From: Azospirillum sp.
GTDB taxonomy: Bacteria; Pseudomonadota; Alphaproteobacteria; Azospirillales; Azospirillaceae
Length of the DNA: 64,000 nucleotides
Direction: 5' to 3'
Assembly: GCA_035629155.1 (NCBI GenBank)
Contig: DASPIO010000028.1
Location: 23,762-87,761 of the forward strand
The position numbers were made by a program, and so were the translations under genes. The notes under the pieces were generated by a model. That model did not search any database and was not told the DNA's origin. It saw only the letters and a list, made by a program, of their open reading frames with translations. Positions 27,542-35,577 of the stretch are shown here, one piece after another. Position 1 is the first letter of the stretch, and every line of letters begins with the position of its first letter.

Positions 27542-27802
27542 GGTTTTACCCGTTGTGCGAGTAGCGGTTGCGATGCGACGGTCAAGGCGCGAGGAAATGG
27601 AGGATTAAATGCGGCTTGATCGAGCAAACTTCGGGCGGGAGGCGGTCAAGCACCTACTGGTGGGACTCGCCGCGCTGGGCGCGGCGATGTCCTCCGGAGG
27701 ATCGGCGCGGGTGGCGCTGGTTGATGAGGCGGGCCGCCGGTTCGGCTATGCCGCGGCAGTGTGGAAGGTGCGGGGTCTGTACCCGGCGCGGGACGGCGAG
27801 GG

Positions 27803-28090
27803 TCATGCCGCAGCTCTTTCCTCGGCGCCGCCGCGGGTGCGGCAAAGCCGGACACCGTCTGGCCGGTAACGCTCCGGAAACAGGTCGTGCACGGCGACTT
27901 CCAGCCGGTCGGCCAGCGCCCGCTCGATCCTTTCTGACGGTAGGAACAGGGCCTGCGACACGGCCTGGGCGCACACTTCCAGCTCGGCCGCGATCTGGCG
28001 CAGGCTGGAGCCCTTCCGCTTCAGGGAGGCGACCACCCAATCTCTGCGGTCCTGTGGGTCCGAGGGTACTCCGGATCTACGCATCGTCAT
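27803..28090 (-). CDS. ner: Ner-like early regulator
   Basis: WVVASLKRKGSSLRQIA...ERIERALADRL......LFPERY, the Ner/Nlp HTH pattern; divergent from the repressor. Confidence 0.9.
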   Translation of the reverse strand: MTMRRSGVPSDPQDRRDWVVASLKRKGSSLRQIAAELEVCAQAVSQALFLPSERIERALADRLEVAVHDLFPERYRPDGVRLCRTRGGAEERAAA

Positions 28091-28226
28091 CCCTACGACT
28101 ATCGATATGTCTACCGTCGTATCACGAGCATGCTTCGCATGCAACGAGCATTTTCGATGTGGGAATCCTTCCCGGTTCGGCCCACGCTTGAAGGGCGCGC
28201 GCATGTGCAAAGGCGACGGGATAACA

Positions 28227-28787
28227 ATGACTTACGACAACCGGGAAGGGCCGGACGAAGTGGGAAGGGCTCTTCCCACTTACGAGGCGGAACTGGGAAC
28301 ACGGATTTCCCTCGTCATCGACCTGTACGATCTTAAGGCCGACGCGGCACGGGTCGCGGATGTTACGCCCGAGATGTTGAACCGGTACGTGCGCGGACAG
28401 CACAAAATACCCTTCACCAACGCCGCTCGGCTGGCTTCAGCCAAAGGTGTCAGTCTTGACTGGCTGTGGAGCGGAGAAGGACCAATGCTTCTGCGTGATC
28501 GCGTGCACGACTCGCCGCCAGCGGCGGTCGAGTCATTCGACCTTGCGTTGATGGGCAATCTCGTGTCCGGCCTGATGGCATTCCTGCAAAGGGAGAGCCT
28601 GGATCTAGATCCGGAATACATTGGTCGGGCGGTGACCCTGCTTTACATGCTGATGGAGCGCGAGCGCCGCGACACCACCCCGGAGGATCGGCCGGATCTG
28701 TGGGTGGAGGGGCACCCCGTGGACATCGCAAACGATAAAATCCTGGCGGAAACCGTACGCCTCGCACTCGGGCGGTTGCGTAGGTAG
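28227..28787 (+). CDS. Prophage repressor (XRE HTH; no S24 peptidase domain)
   Basis: AARVADVTPEMLNRYVRG...LASAKGVSLDWLWSGEGPM; divergent from ner at the left end, as for Mu c. Confidence 0.85.
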   Translation: MTYDNREGPDEVGRALPTYEAELGTRISLVIDLYDLKADAARVADVTPEMLNRYVRGQHKIPFTNAARLASAKGVSLDWLWSGEGPMLLRDRVHDSPPAAVESFDLALMGNLVSGLMAFLQRESLDLDPEYIGRAVTLLYMLMERERRDTTPEDRPDLWVEGHPVDIANDKILAETVRLALGRLRR

Positions 28788-29277
28788 GACTATCAGGTGT
28801 AGCTTCATGGCTCGCCGCAACCCTGAGTACGTGAGTATGCAGGCCGCGGTGGGGGCCAGGGCTACCAACCCCGGTCGCCCAGGGTGCGCACACACCCCGG
28901 AACGAGAGAACGCAACGACACGCGCTAGTCGCGTCTCGCCCCCCAGCCGCCACGCGGCAAGGGGAAGTGTAAGGCCGGGAGTGTGCATGAAAAGCTTAGA
29001 TGTCGAAGCGTGCTTCCCTTCAAAAACCGTGATCCTCGCCGAATTTGAGGCGATACTCATCCACGCTCGCCCACGGCGTGTGGTCGCATGCCCCTTGTGG
29101 AATGGAGAGTTGAGAGCGTGTCAAAAAGACGATATTTCAACTCGGCCAGAACAGAGGGGCAGCCTTGCTCCTCATCATGATCAATGTGGTCGGTGAGCGC
29201 TGAATTTTCCGTGCGTGTGTAGACGATTGTAGACGGTAAAGCGACAACGCAAAGAGACACATCGGAGGAACGCAGCA

Positions 29278-29514
29278 ATGAAGCCGGAAGACCGTCCGAC
29301 ATCCATGGTTTCTTTTCCGCTAACAATAGTTGGCGTGCTATTTCTTGCCGGAGGCGGGATGATGCTAACCGGCACTCCGCCGAACTTCATCGGCTCGATC
29401 GGCGCGGTGGGGATCGGGCTAGCCCTGATCGGCTTGGCCGGCATCAACACGCGCTTGGCCGAGGTGATCCACGAGTTGCGCCTCATCCGCGCCGCCGCAG
29501 AGAGGGTGCCATGA
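29278..29514 (+). CDS. Small two-TM membrane protein (left-end moron)
   Basis: Two hydrophobic segments; coupled to the next gene. Confidence 0.6.
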   Translation: MKPEDRPTSMVSFPLTIVGVLFLAGGGMMLTGTPPNFIGSIGAVGIGLALIGLAGINTRLAEVIHELRLIRAAAERVP

Positions 29515-30035
29515 AAGCCGGTCACCTCGCCCTGTCTGCTTTCTTCCTTCTCGGATCAGCCGGGCCTTGCGCGGCCGATTGGCAGTTCACCCGATGGGGA
29601 ATGACGGTCGAGGAAGCTGTTCGTGCAGCTGGGGCCGCAGGGGTGAATGTGGATGCGGGCGGCACTGTGCCTTCCGGCGACGGCAAGCTTACGAAGCTCC
29701 CCATTCCATACTACAAGGTGGGCAGTATATTTTTTGATATATCTCTGGTGTTCGAGTCGCCGGATAATAGGCTTGTCATGGTGCTGATGACGGTGAGTCA
29801 GCGCGGCGATTTTGACAGGCAGAAGCTCGACGCCCTGCGTATGGATTTGCTTCAGGCGTTCGGCTCTCCTTTTGCTGTGAATCAGCAAGACGGGTTTGAC
29901 CTCGCGATGTGGCGCGACGTGACCCGCAACAACCGGATATTCGCGAAAATCCGCGTCGATCCGCCGGGCAGAACGGGCGGCCTGCGCGACACCTCCATCA
30001 TGTACACGCCGCTCGTTCCCGTCAGCGCCTTCTGA
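29511..30035 (+). CDS. Exported protein (left-end moron)
   Basis: Signal-peptide-like N-terminus followed by WQFTRWGMTVEE. Confidence 0.7.
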   Translation: MKAGHLALSAFFLLGSAGPCAADWQFTRWGMTVEEAVRAAGAAGVNVDAGGTVPSGDGKLTKLPIPYYKVGSIFFDISLVFESPDNRLVMVLMTVSQRGDFDRQKLDALRMDLLQAFGSPFAVNQQDGFDLAMWRDVTRNNRIFAKIRVDPPGRTGGLRDTSIMYTPLVPVSAF

Positions 30036-30044
30036 CCGGCCACC

Positions 30045-30217
30045 GTCAAACCATCCGTCCGTCAGCGTACAATGCGGCGATGTCCGTATGGTTTGACAGA
30101 ACGGAGTGGACGCGTCTCGAAAACCTAGGCATCACAACGCCTGCACGTCCCACTCGATCCCCCAAAATCCCACCGTATCCCGGCCCCCTATCCCGTCAAA
30201 CCATTGGTCTCTCTACA
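30045..30217 (-). repeat. Helper left end (attL): three transposase-binding motifs (30045-30054, 30088-30097, 30195-30204) and terminal CA
   Basis: GTCAAACCAT / ATGGTTTGAC / GTCAAACCAT; read inward, the end is TGTAGAGAGACCAATGGTTTGAC. Confidence 0.9.
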
Positions 30218-30955
30218 CCGGTGCGTCGATCGCCTCGGGCGTCAGGCGGAAGGTGCCGAAATGCATGGCTACGCTGGTGCGGGCACCCAGGTCCTCGTGC
30301 GCCGCCACCGCCTCCTCCGGGTTCATGTGCTGCGGCGCCATGAACCAGCGCGGCTCGTAGGCGCCGATGGGCAGCAGCGCCACGTCGATGCGCGGGAAGC
30401 GGGCGCCGATCTCCTTGAAATGCGGGCCGTAGCCGGTGTCGCCCGCGAAGTACAGCGTGCCGGCATCCGTCTCCACCACGAAGCCGCCCCACAGCGTCGT
30501 GTTGCGCCGGAAGGGCGCGCGCGCCGACCAGTGCTGCGCCGGCACGAAGGTGACGCGGCAGCCGGCCGGTCCCCGCGTGCTCTGCCACCAGTCCAGTTCC
30601 TCGACGTGCGCGAAGCCGTCGCCGTTCAGCAGCGGCCCGTTGCCCAGCCCCACCACCGCCCGCGGCCCGAAGCGCCGGGCCAGCGCCGCCAGCGACGGCC
30701 GGTCCAGGTGGTCGAAGTGCCCGTGGCTGACCAGCACGAGGTTCGGGTCCGGCAGCCGTTCCAGCGGCACGCCCGGCGGGCGGGCCCGCTTCGGCCCCAG
30801 CCGGCCGAACGGACCGGCCCGTTCGGAGAACACCGGGTCGGTGAGCAGGCGAAGGCCCGCCGCCTGCACCAGGAAGGTGGCGTGGCCGACATGGGTGACC
30901 GCCAGCGCGCCCGGTGCCGGGGGTGCCGGGACCGGCTGCGGCGGGTCCTCGACGC
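30218..30955 (-). pseudogene. Middle fragment of a host MBL-fold metallo-hydrolase (NAPE-PLD/RomA-like), cut by both elements
   Basis: VTHVGHATFLVQ, LLTDPVFSERA, SHGHFDHLD, FAGDTGY, LPIGAYEP, MHFGTF motifs. The reading frame is broken at 30217 (helper end) and at 30956 (satellite end). Confidence 0.95.
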
Positions 30956-31000
30956 TGTAGCGCGCCGAATGGTTTGAATTGGCGCGCTGGATGGTTTGAC
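30956..31000 (+). repeat. Satellite right-type end: terminal TG and two tandem ATGGTTTGA sites (30969, 30991) 22 bp apart
   Basis: Read directly from the sequence; the 22-bp period matches Mu R1/R2 spacing. Confidence 0.88.
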
Positions 31001-31053
31001 AGCGCTGACACCCCGTTTCAGGCTTACCGGGAATTGAAGAAGCCTTGGCGCTT

Positions 31054-31467
31054 CTAGGCTAGCGCCGGCAGTGTCGCATCGTCGCCCAGGTGCGCAATTT
31101 GAACATTCCTTCCCGGCGGCTTCCCCCCTGGAGGCTCGATGATAACAACGCCGTCTTTCGTATGATAATGGATAATCAGGACTGTGCGCGCACATCTGGC
31201 GGGATTGGAAAGACGGGACAGGGCTTGCCGATTGTACTTTTTCAAAAAGCGAAAGCATTCACGCATATAGATCCTGTATTCTTCCTGAATATCTTTGCGG
31301 AGCTGTTCCAATGCCGTTGGGCATGGCGGGTTGCCGCACAGATCGCTTTCCCACTTGGCAAATACATTATTCAAACGCGATGAAAGGTCGGCCGCCACTT
31401 CCCCTGACAGCAGGCGCGCGGTTACCTTCTGTGGGCGCTCCCCTGTGCCGTCATACGCGTGCTGCAT
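31054..31467 (-). CDS. Satellite cargo, hypothetical protein (137 aa)
   Basis: AGGAG upstream of TTG ATG; lower GC. The ORF track labels it '+', but the listed translation (MQHAYDG...) reads on the minus strand. Confidence 0.6.
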   Translation of the reverse strand: MQHAYDGTGERPQKVTARLLSGEVAADLSSRLNNVFAKWESDLCGNPPCPTALEQLRKDIQEEYRIYMRECFRFLKKYNRQALSRLSNPARCARTVLIIHYHTKDGVVIIEPPGGKPPGRNVQIAHLGDDATLPALA

Positions 31468-31518
31468 CAACGTCCACTCCTGATTGGTTCGTTATGCCCT
31501 CCCGCTCGACAAGAGGGC

Positions 31519-31546
31519 CGCTCGGCCGGATCTGGCCGGCCGAGCG
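31519..31546. repeat. Perfect 11-bp inverted repeat just downstream of the satellite chaperone stop
   Basis: CGCTCGGCCGG-ATCTGG-CCGGCCGAGCG; no U-tract, so a terminator role is uncertain. Confidence 0.6.
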
Positions 31547-31554
31547 CGCCGGAA

Positions 31555-32079
31555 TCACTTCGGCTGCTCGCCGTTGACGAGCTGCCAATAGGCGTCCTCC
31601 ATCGCCTTGCCGATCACGCGATAGCCGGCCATGGCTTCCACGAGGTCGGGCGAGAAGTCCGGCAGCGTCGAGAAGAAGGCATTCCAGCCGTGGTTGTCGG
31701 GCAGCCCCACCACCACCTTCCGCAGCAGCTCCGTGCGAAAGCCCTTGTGCTGGCTTTCCAGCTTCTCGACTTTGGCGTTGAGTTCCTTCAGATCCTTTTT
31801 CGCCTTGGCGGCGTTGCCGTCCGACGCTTCCAGGGCGAGTTTCGCGGCCTCCTGCTTGGCCTCCGCGATCTCGCTGACGCGCTGGCCCAGCTCGGCGATG
31901 AGCTGATCGTGCTCGCTGTCCGGCAGCAGCATGAACGACAGATAACAGGTCTTTTTGACCTGTTTCCCACCCACCCAGCCGCCGCTGGCACGCTTGGCCG
32001 TTTCCGGCCAGTTGAACATGACCGGCCACACAAACGTCATTTCGGTGGGGGCTGCAAGAGTAATCTTAACCTGTTCCAT
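31555..32079 (-). CDS. Satellite tail assembly chaperone G (paralogue of 713-1207), no frameshift site
   Basis: Shared motifs TF.WPV...WPE.AK, KTC...F.L.PDSE.D.L, LLR.VVVGLPDNH.W, LP.FS.DLVEAMA, W.LVNG. Ends GAG CAG CCG AAG TGA. Confidence 0.9.
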   Translation of the reverse strand: MEQVKITLAAPTEMTFVWPVMFNWPETAKRASGGWVGGKQVKKTCYLSFMLLPDSEHDQLIAELGQRVSEIAEAKQEAAKLALEASDGNAAKAKKDLKELNAKVEKLESQHKGFRTELLRKVVVGLPDNHGWNAFFSTLPDFSPDLVEAMAGYRVIGKAMEDAYWQLVNGEQPK

Positions 32080-32102
32080 TTCCGCTCTCACTCGTTCTTT
32101 AG

Positions 32103-32540
32103 TTAATCCATCAACGAATTGAAGTATTCTGCAATGTCTCTCCATTCGCCTGTCAAAGACTGCTTTGCTGATGCGATCAGGTCATTGATGTACACCTCAA
32201 CTTCGAACCTGACATTCTTTCTTTTGTTTTGGTACAGCGCGCTCAGTCGGCGCCTCTGCCAGCGCTTTGTTAACATGGACCCGAGAAGGCGTTCGGTGTC
32301 GTCAATGTGCGCCACCAGTATTCTCTCAATGCTTGCTCGCAGATCGGAAAACAGAGGATGTCTGGCATCAAAATGTTCTGATGATCCAACCAGTTCAGAA
32401 AACGCATTGCGATTGCTGATATCCCAGCGTTCCAGCACGCTGCGGATTGCGTCAGCTCCGTTTGTCGGCATAGCGGGGCGCATTATCCGAAACTCGACGC
32501 TGTTGCGGTTCTGGATCGGTATTCGGCCGCGTGCGGGCAC
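32103..32540 (-). CDS. Satellite cargo, hypothetical protein (start uncertain)
   Basis: AT-richer ORF between the Ntn-like gene and the chaperone; no recognised family. Confidence 0.55.
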   Translation of the reverse strand: MPARGRIPIQNRNSVEFRIMRPAMPTNGADAIRSVLERWDISNRNAFSELVGSSEHFDARHPLFSDLRASIERILVAHIDDTERLLGSMLTKRWQRRRLSALYQNKRKNVRFEVEVYINDLIASAKQSLTGEWRDIAEYFNSLMD

Positions 32541-33145
32541 CCAAAGCGGTCGTAATACTCGCTATAATCAGGGTAAAATCCTGCTATTTTTTGATCGGCG
32601 CCATGCTCATTTACTTCGGTAAGATGCATGACGCCACCAATGCACATTGGTTGACTAAATTTCTCCTGTACCTTGTGCTGCCCAAGCGCCATCTTTACCA
32701 TCATGGCCTCATCGGCATGCGCGGGAAGGCGCACACCCGGCGCCATTCTGGGCGCAAGATGAATGCCCGGCTCCATCGTGGTCGCCTGGACAGGCACACC
32801 ACCGGCGCGAAGCTTGTACCTCGTGCTCTGCGGCGCCTGCTTGTTGGCGGACCAGCACATCAACGTGATTTCACCACCGGACGCTTCGAAGAATTCATCA
32901 CCGATACGCTCGGGGACGCCGCGAATAACGATATCCACATGCTCTATGCTTTCGACGCGCGCCAGTACAGGCCCAAGGACTTGAAGAAGCGCATGTGTTC
33001 CGCGCATGGAGAATGCAAATCGGCCGCTCTCAGAGACGAAACACTTTCGTTCGCAAAGGCCAACCGGCATGTTGCCCCGGTATATCATCGTGTCCGTCAG
33101 GCACAAAATGCGGTCGCTTCCCACGAATACGTTGCTGACGCTCAT
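32483..33145 (-). CDS. Proteasome-beta/HslV-like Ntn-hydrolase-fold protein
   Basis: After Met removal: Ser1, Asp17, Lys33, Gly48 and C-terminal IGGVMHLTEVNEHG, matching beta-subunit catalytic spacing. ATGA overlap with the TMP stop. Confidence 0.65.
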   Translation of the reverse strand: MSVSNVFVGSDRILCLTDTMIYRGNMPVGLCERKCFVSESGRFAFSMRGTHALLQVLGPVLARVESIEHVDIVIRGVPERIGDEFFEASGGEITLMCWSANKQAPQSTRYKLRAGGVPVQATTMEPGIHLAPRMAPGVRLPAHADEAMMVKMALGQHKVQEKFSQPMCIGGVMHLTEVNEHGADQKIAGFYPDYSEYYDRFGCPHAAEYRSRTATASSFG

Positions 33146-34530
33146 TTAATTGCCTCTTCGAACGCGGAGACGACTTCGGGGCAGGTCAAGAATTCGTCCG
33201 AGAACTCACACTCGGCCATAACCTTCTCAAGCTCGTTGGACAGATCCTTCAGATTGTCCGTCTGGGTCACGACACCGCCACTGCCGTTGGCGGGCGGGGC
33301 GTTGTCCTGCTTCGTCAGGTCGTTGAGTTCGCGTTGCAGCTCGATCCGGCGCTTGACCAGCGCCTCATGCATGGCGGGAACGCCGCTCGTTTTCTCGGGA
33401 AGGCGCCCGTACTCCCGGTCTATCCGCTCGATCTCCGCCCGCAACAGCGACGCCCTGTCCGACTCGATGCCGGCGCGAAGCGCCTTGGCCGCGTCACTGA
33501 CCTTGCCCGCAACCAGCTTGGCAATGTCGCTCCGGGCGAGGCGGTCAACGTAGGCGTCCCAGGCCACGCCAGCGTCATGCAGCGCGGCGCCCCACTCGCT
33601 GCGCATGGTCTGGGCCGCGCCACCGTACCGCTGGCGCAACGCCTCGATGGCGACGTTCAGCGCGCCGGCCTTGTTGCCGTGGTCAGCCAGCATGCGCACC
33701 TGGCGCTCTTGCTCGACCGACAGGAAGTTCAATTCCGCATCGAGTCGCTTGACGCCCTCGCCCCCCTTGCCGAGAGCGTCCCCCATCTTGGCGGCGGCGG
33801 CCGGGATCGTGTAGCCCAGCACCGCCGCAACATCCGGCGCGAGTTCCAGGATGCTGCGGAACAGCTCCGGGTCACGGAGGTCGGGGTTGCGCACCAGCTC
33901 CAAGGTGGACTGGTATGCTTCGCTGCGGGACGCCCCTGCATGGATCGCGACGTTCGCCATGTCGCGGAGCTGGCCGGCCGTGATGCCGGCCTCATTGCCC
34001 ATCGCCTTCAGGATGGACGCGAGTTCCCGCCCCTCGGCACCGATGCTCGCCATGCGCGCGGCGACGATGCCGATCGGCGCGGCGATCACGGCGGCGGCGG
34101 CGCCGATGCCCAGGATGCGGCCCGTGATGCCGGGGAACGCTTGGAGCAACTGCCCGCCCTGTTGCATCAGGACGGTGAACGGGCTGGCGCCGGACGACAG
34201 CGATGCCGCAACGTCGCTGGCCGTGTAGCTCAGCGCCTGGATCTGCTGCGTGCTGAACCTCGTCTTGGTCGCCAAGTTGTCGTTGGCGCTGGCCGCACCG
34301 CCGAACGCCGCACCGGCCCTGTCGGCGGCGCCGGCCGCAGCGCCCAGCGATTGCTTCGCCTCGTCCGCCAGTGTGTCCAGGCGGCCAAGCGCCTGTGAAA
34401 GTTGCTGGCCAGCTTCCCGGCCAGTATCACCAAGCTTGGACACCTCGCCCGTTGCCTTGCGAAGCTCCACTACGAAGTCTTCGGCTTCCGCAGTCAGCTT
34501 GAGGACGACGTGTTCTGCAACCTTGGTCAT
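33142..34530 (-). CDS. Satellite short tape measure protein (462 aa)
   Basis: QQIQALSYTASDVAASLSSGASPFTVLMQQGGQLLQAF lambda-family TMP motif; N-terminus similar to the helper TMP start at 304. Confidence 0.88.
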   Translation of the reverse strand: MTKVAEHVVLKLTAEAEDFVVELRKATGEVSKLGDTGREAGQQLSQALGRLDTLADEAKQSLGAAAGAADRAGAAFGGAASANDNLATKTRFSTQQIQALSYTASDVAASLSSGASPFTVLMQQGGQLLQAFPGITGRILGIGAAAAVIAAPIGIVAARMASIGAEGRELASILKAMGNEAGITAGQLRDMANVAIHAGASRSEAYQSTLELVRNPDLRDPELFRSILELAPDVAAVLGYTIPAAAAKMGDALGKGGEGVKRLDAELNFLSVEQERQVRMLADHGNKAGALNVAIEALRQRYGGAAQTMRSEWGAALHDAGVAWDAYVDRLARSDIAKLVAGKVSDAAKALRAGIESDRASLLRAEIERIDREYGRLPEKTSGVPAMHEALVKRRIELQRELNDLTKQDNAPPANGSGGVVTQTDNLKDLSNELEKVMAECEFSDEFLTCPEVVSAFEEAIK

Positions 34531-34647
34531 GACGATACTCGCTCGCGATTGGGCCGGCGCTGGACTGCTAGACCAGCCCAGCGCCGGCCGCACTCCGATG
34601 CGGTAAGGAGAGCCGGCCCCCGCACCGGATGCCGCTGGGATGCCCGG

Positions 34648-35568
34648 TTACAGGTACGGGGACACCACCAGTTCGGCGGTGCCGGCCCACTCGTTGGGCG
34701 CCGCGACCGTCTGTTCGTTCGGCGCCGTGCCCACCGTGACCAGCTTCATGTTGTTCTTGATGAGACGCAGCCCGTCGCCTTCCAACTCGTCCGGCACCAC
34801 GAGGATGTTGGGGGTAAGGCCCAGCTTCTTGCCGTTCTCGCCCCGGATGCTCTTGATCGCCACGCGGGCCGCCTCGTAGTTGTCGTGCGTCAGCGGCGCC
34901 TTGCTCGCATAGGCGAGCTGCCAGAGCCCGAAGCCGGCGTTGGCGCGCGCGCGGACGCCGTAGAAATACTCGTCTTTCCAGAAGACGTTGTCGTCCGTGG
35001 CGGCGTCCTGCCTCTGGAACTCGTACGGCAGCCGCTCCTGAAACACGAGGGGTTTGACCGGCTGGCCGGCGTCCATCAGGAACCACGCCGGCCCGGCCCC
35101 ATCCTGATAGTTGCTGTAGGACGTAGGCTGACAGTCGATATCCACGACATGATCAGTGGAGAAGAACGGCTTGCCGTCGTAGCACAGCTCGGTAAACCCG
35201 GCTGCCAGAAGCTCGTACACCAACTGGTCGGGGTGCTTCGCCGCGTCGGCGCCCATCTTCTCGTACAGCGGGCCGAAGACGCCGTACTGGTCATCTTCGA
35301 TGGCCGTACGGGGAACGCCAATGGTCACCTCAAACGTGCGGTTCTTGATGGTGTAGCCCGCGACTTCAAGGTTATGGATGATACGCGAGCCGATCCATTC
35401 CCGAAGCTGCGGAAGTTCCTTCAACCAACCATAAGCTTCTTCGCCCGTCGCGCTGTTTGTCTTCATGGCGATTTTCAGGTACGTGCTTTCGACGCCCTTG
35501 AAGCCCTTGTTGAAGGAGGTCTTGAACCCGGCGAACATGCCGGCGAGGTTGGGGGCGGTGATGAGCAT
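34648..35568 (-). CDS. Satellite Mu-like major capsid protein gpT (306 aa)
   Basis: MLITA...F.GF.TSF, REWIG.R..HNLE, CYDG..FF.TDH, GFG.WQLA..SKA.LT..NYEAAR; divergent paralogue of 4750-5643. Confidence 0.95.
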   Translation of the reverse strand: MLITAPNLAGMFAGFKTSFNKGFKGVESTYLKIAMKTNSATGEEAYGWLKELPQLREWIGSRIIHNLEVAGYTIKNRTFEVTIGVPRTAIEDDQYGVFGPLYEKMGADAAKHPDQLVYELLAAGFTELCYDGKPFFSTDHVVDIDCQPTSYSNYQDGAGPAWFLMDAGQPVKPLVFQERLPYEFQRQDAATDDNVFWKDEYFYGVRARANAGFGLWQLAYASKAPLTHDNYEAARVAIKSIRGENGKKLGLTPNILVVPDELEGDGLRLIKNNMKLVTVGTAPNEQTVAAPNEWAGTAELVVSPYL

Positions 35569-35577
35569 GGCTGTCCC

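Larger units (their letters stand above)
1..30217 (-). mobile_element. Mu-like transposable prophage (helper), left end plus early, lysis, head and proximal tail modules; continues upstream of the window
   Basis: Mu-type gene order (repressor/ner/A/B ... gemA/mor/lysis/gp25-29/F/I/T/gp36/G/tail). Terminal ...TCAAACCATTGGTCTCTCTACA at 30196-30217 abuts an interrupted host gene. No sheath gene between tail terminator and tube, which suggests a non-contractile (D3112/B3-like) tail. Confidence 0.97.

Noticed and set aside
28807-29326. Several overlapping ORFs between the repressor and the moron genes
   Set aside because: No clear RBS, motifs or consistent frame; none called.
30213-30869. ORF-track call of a complete 218-aa MBL hydrolase
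   Set aside because: Its TAG (30213-30215) lies in the phage end and its true start is at 39612; it is the middle of an interrupted gene.
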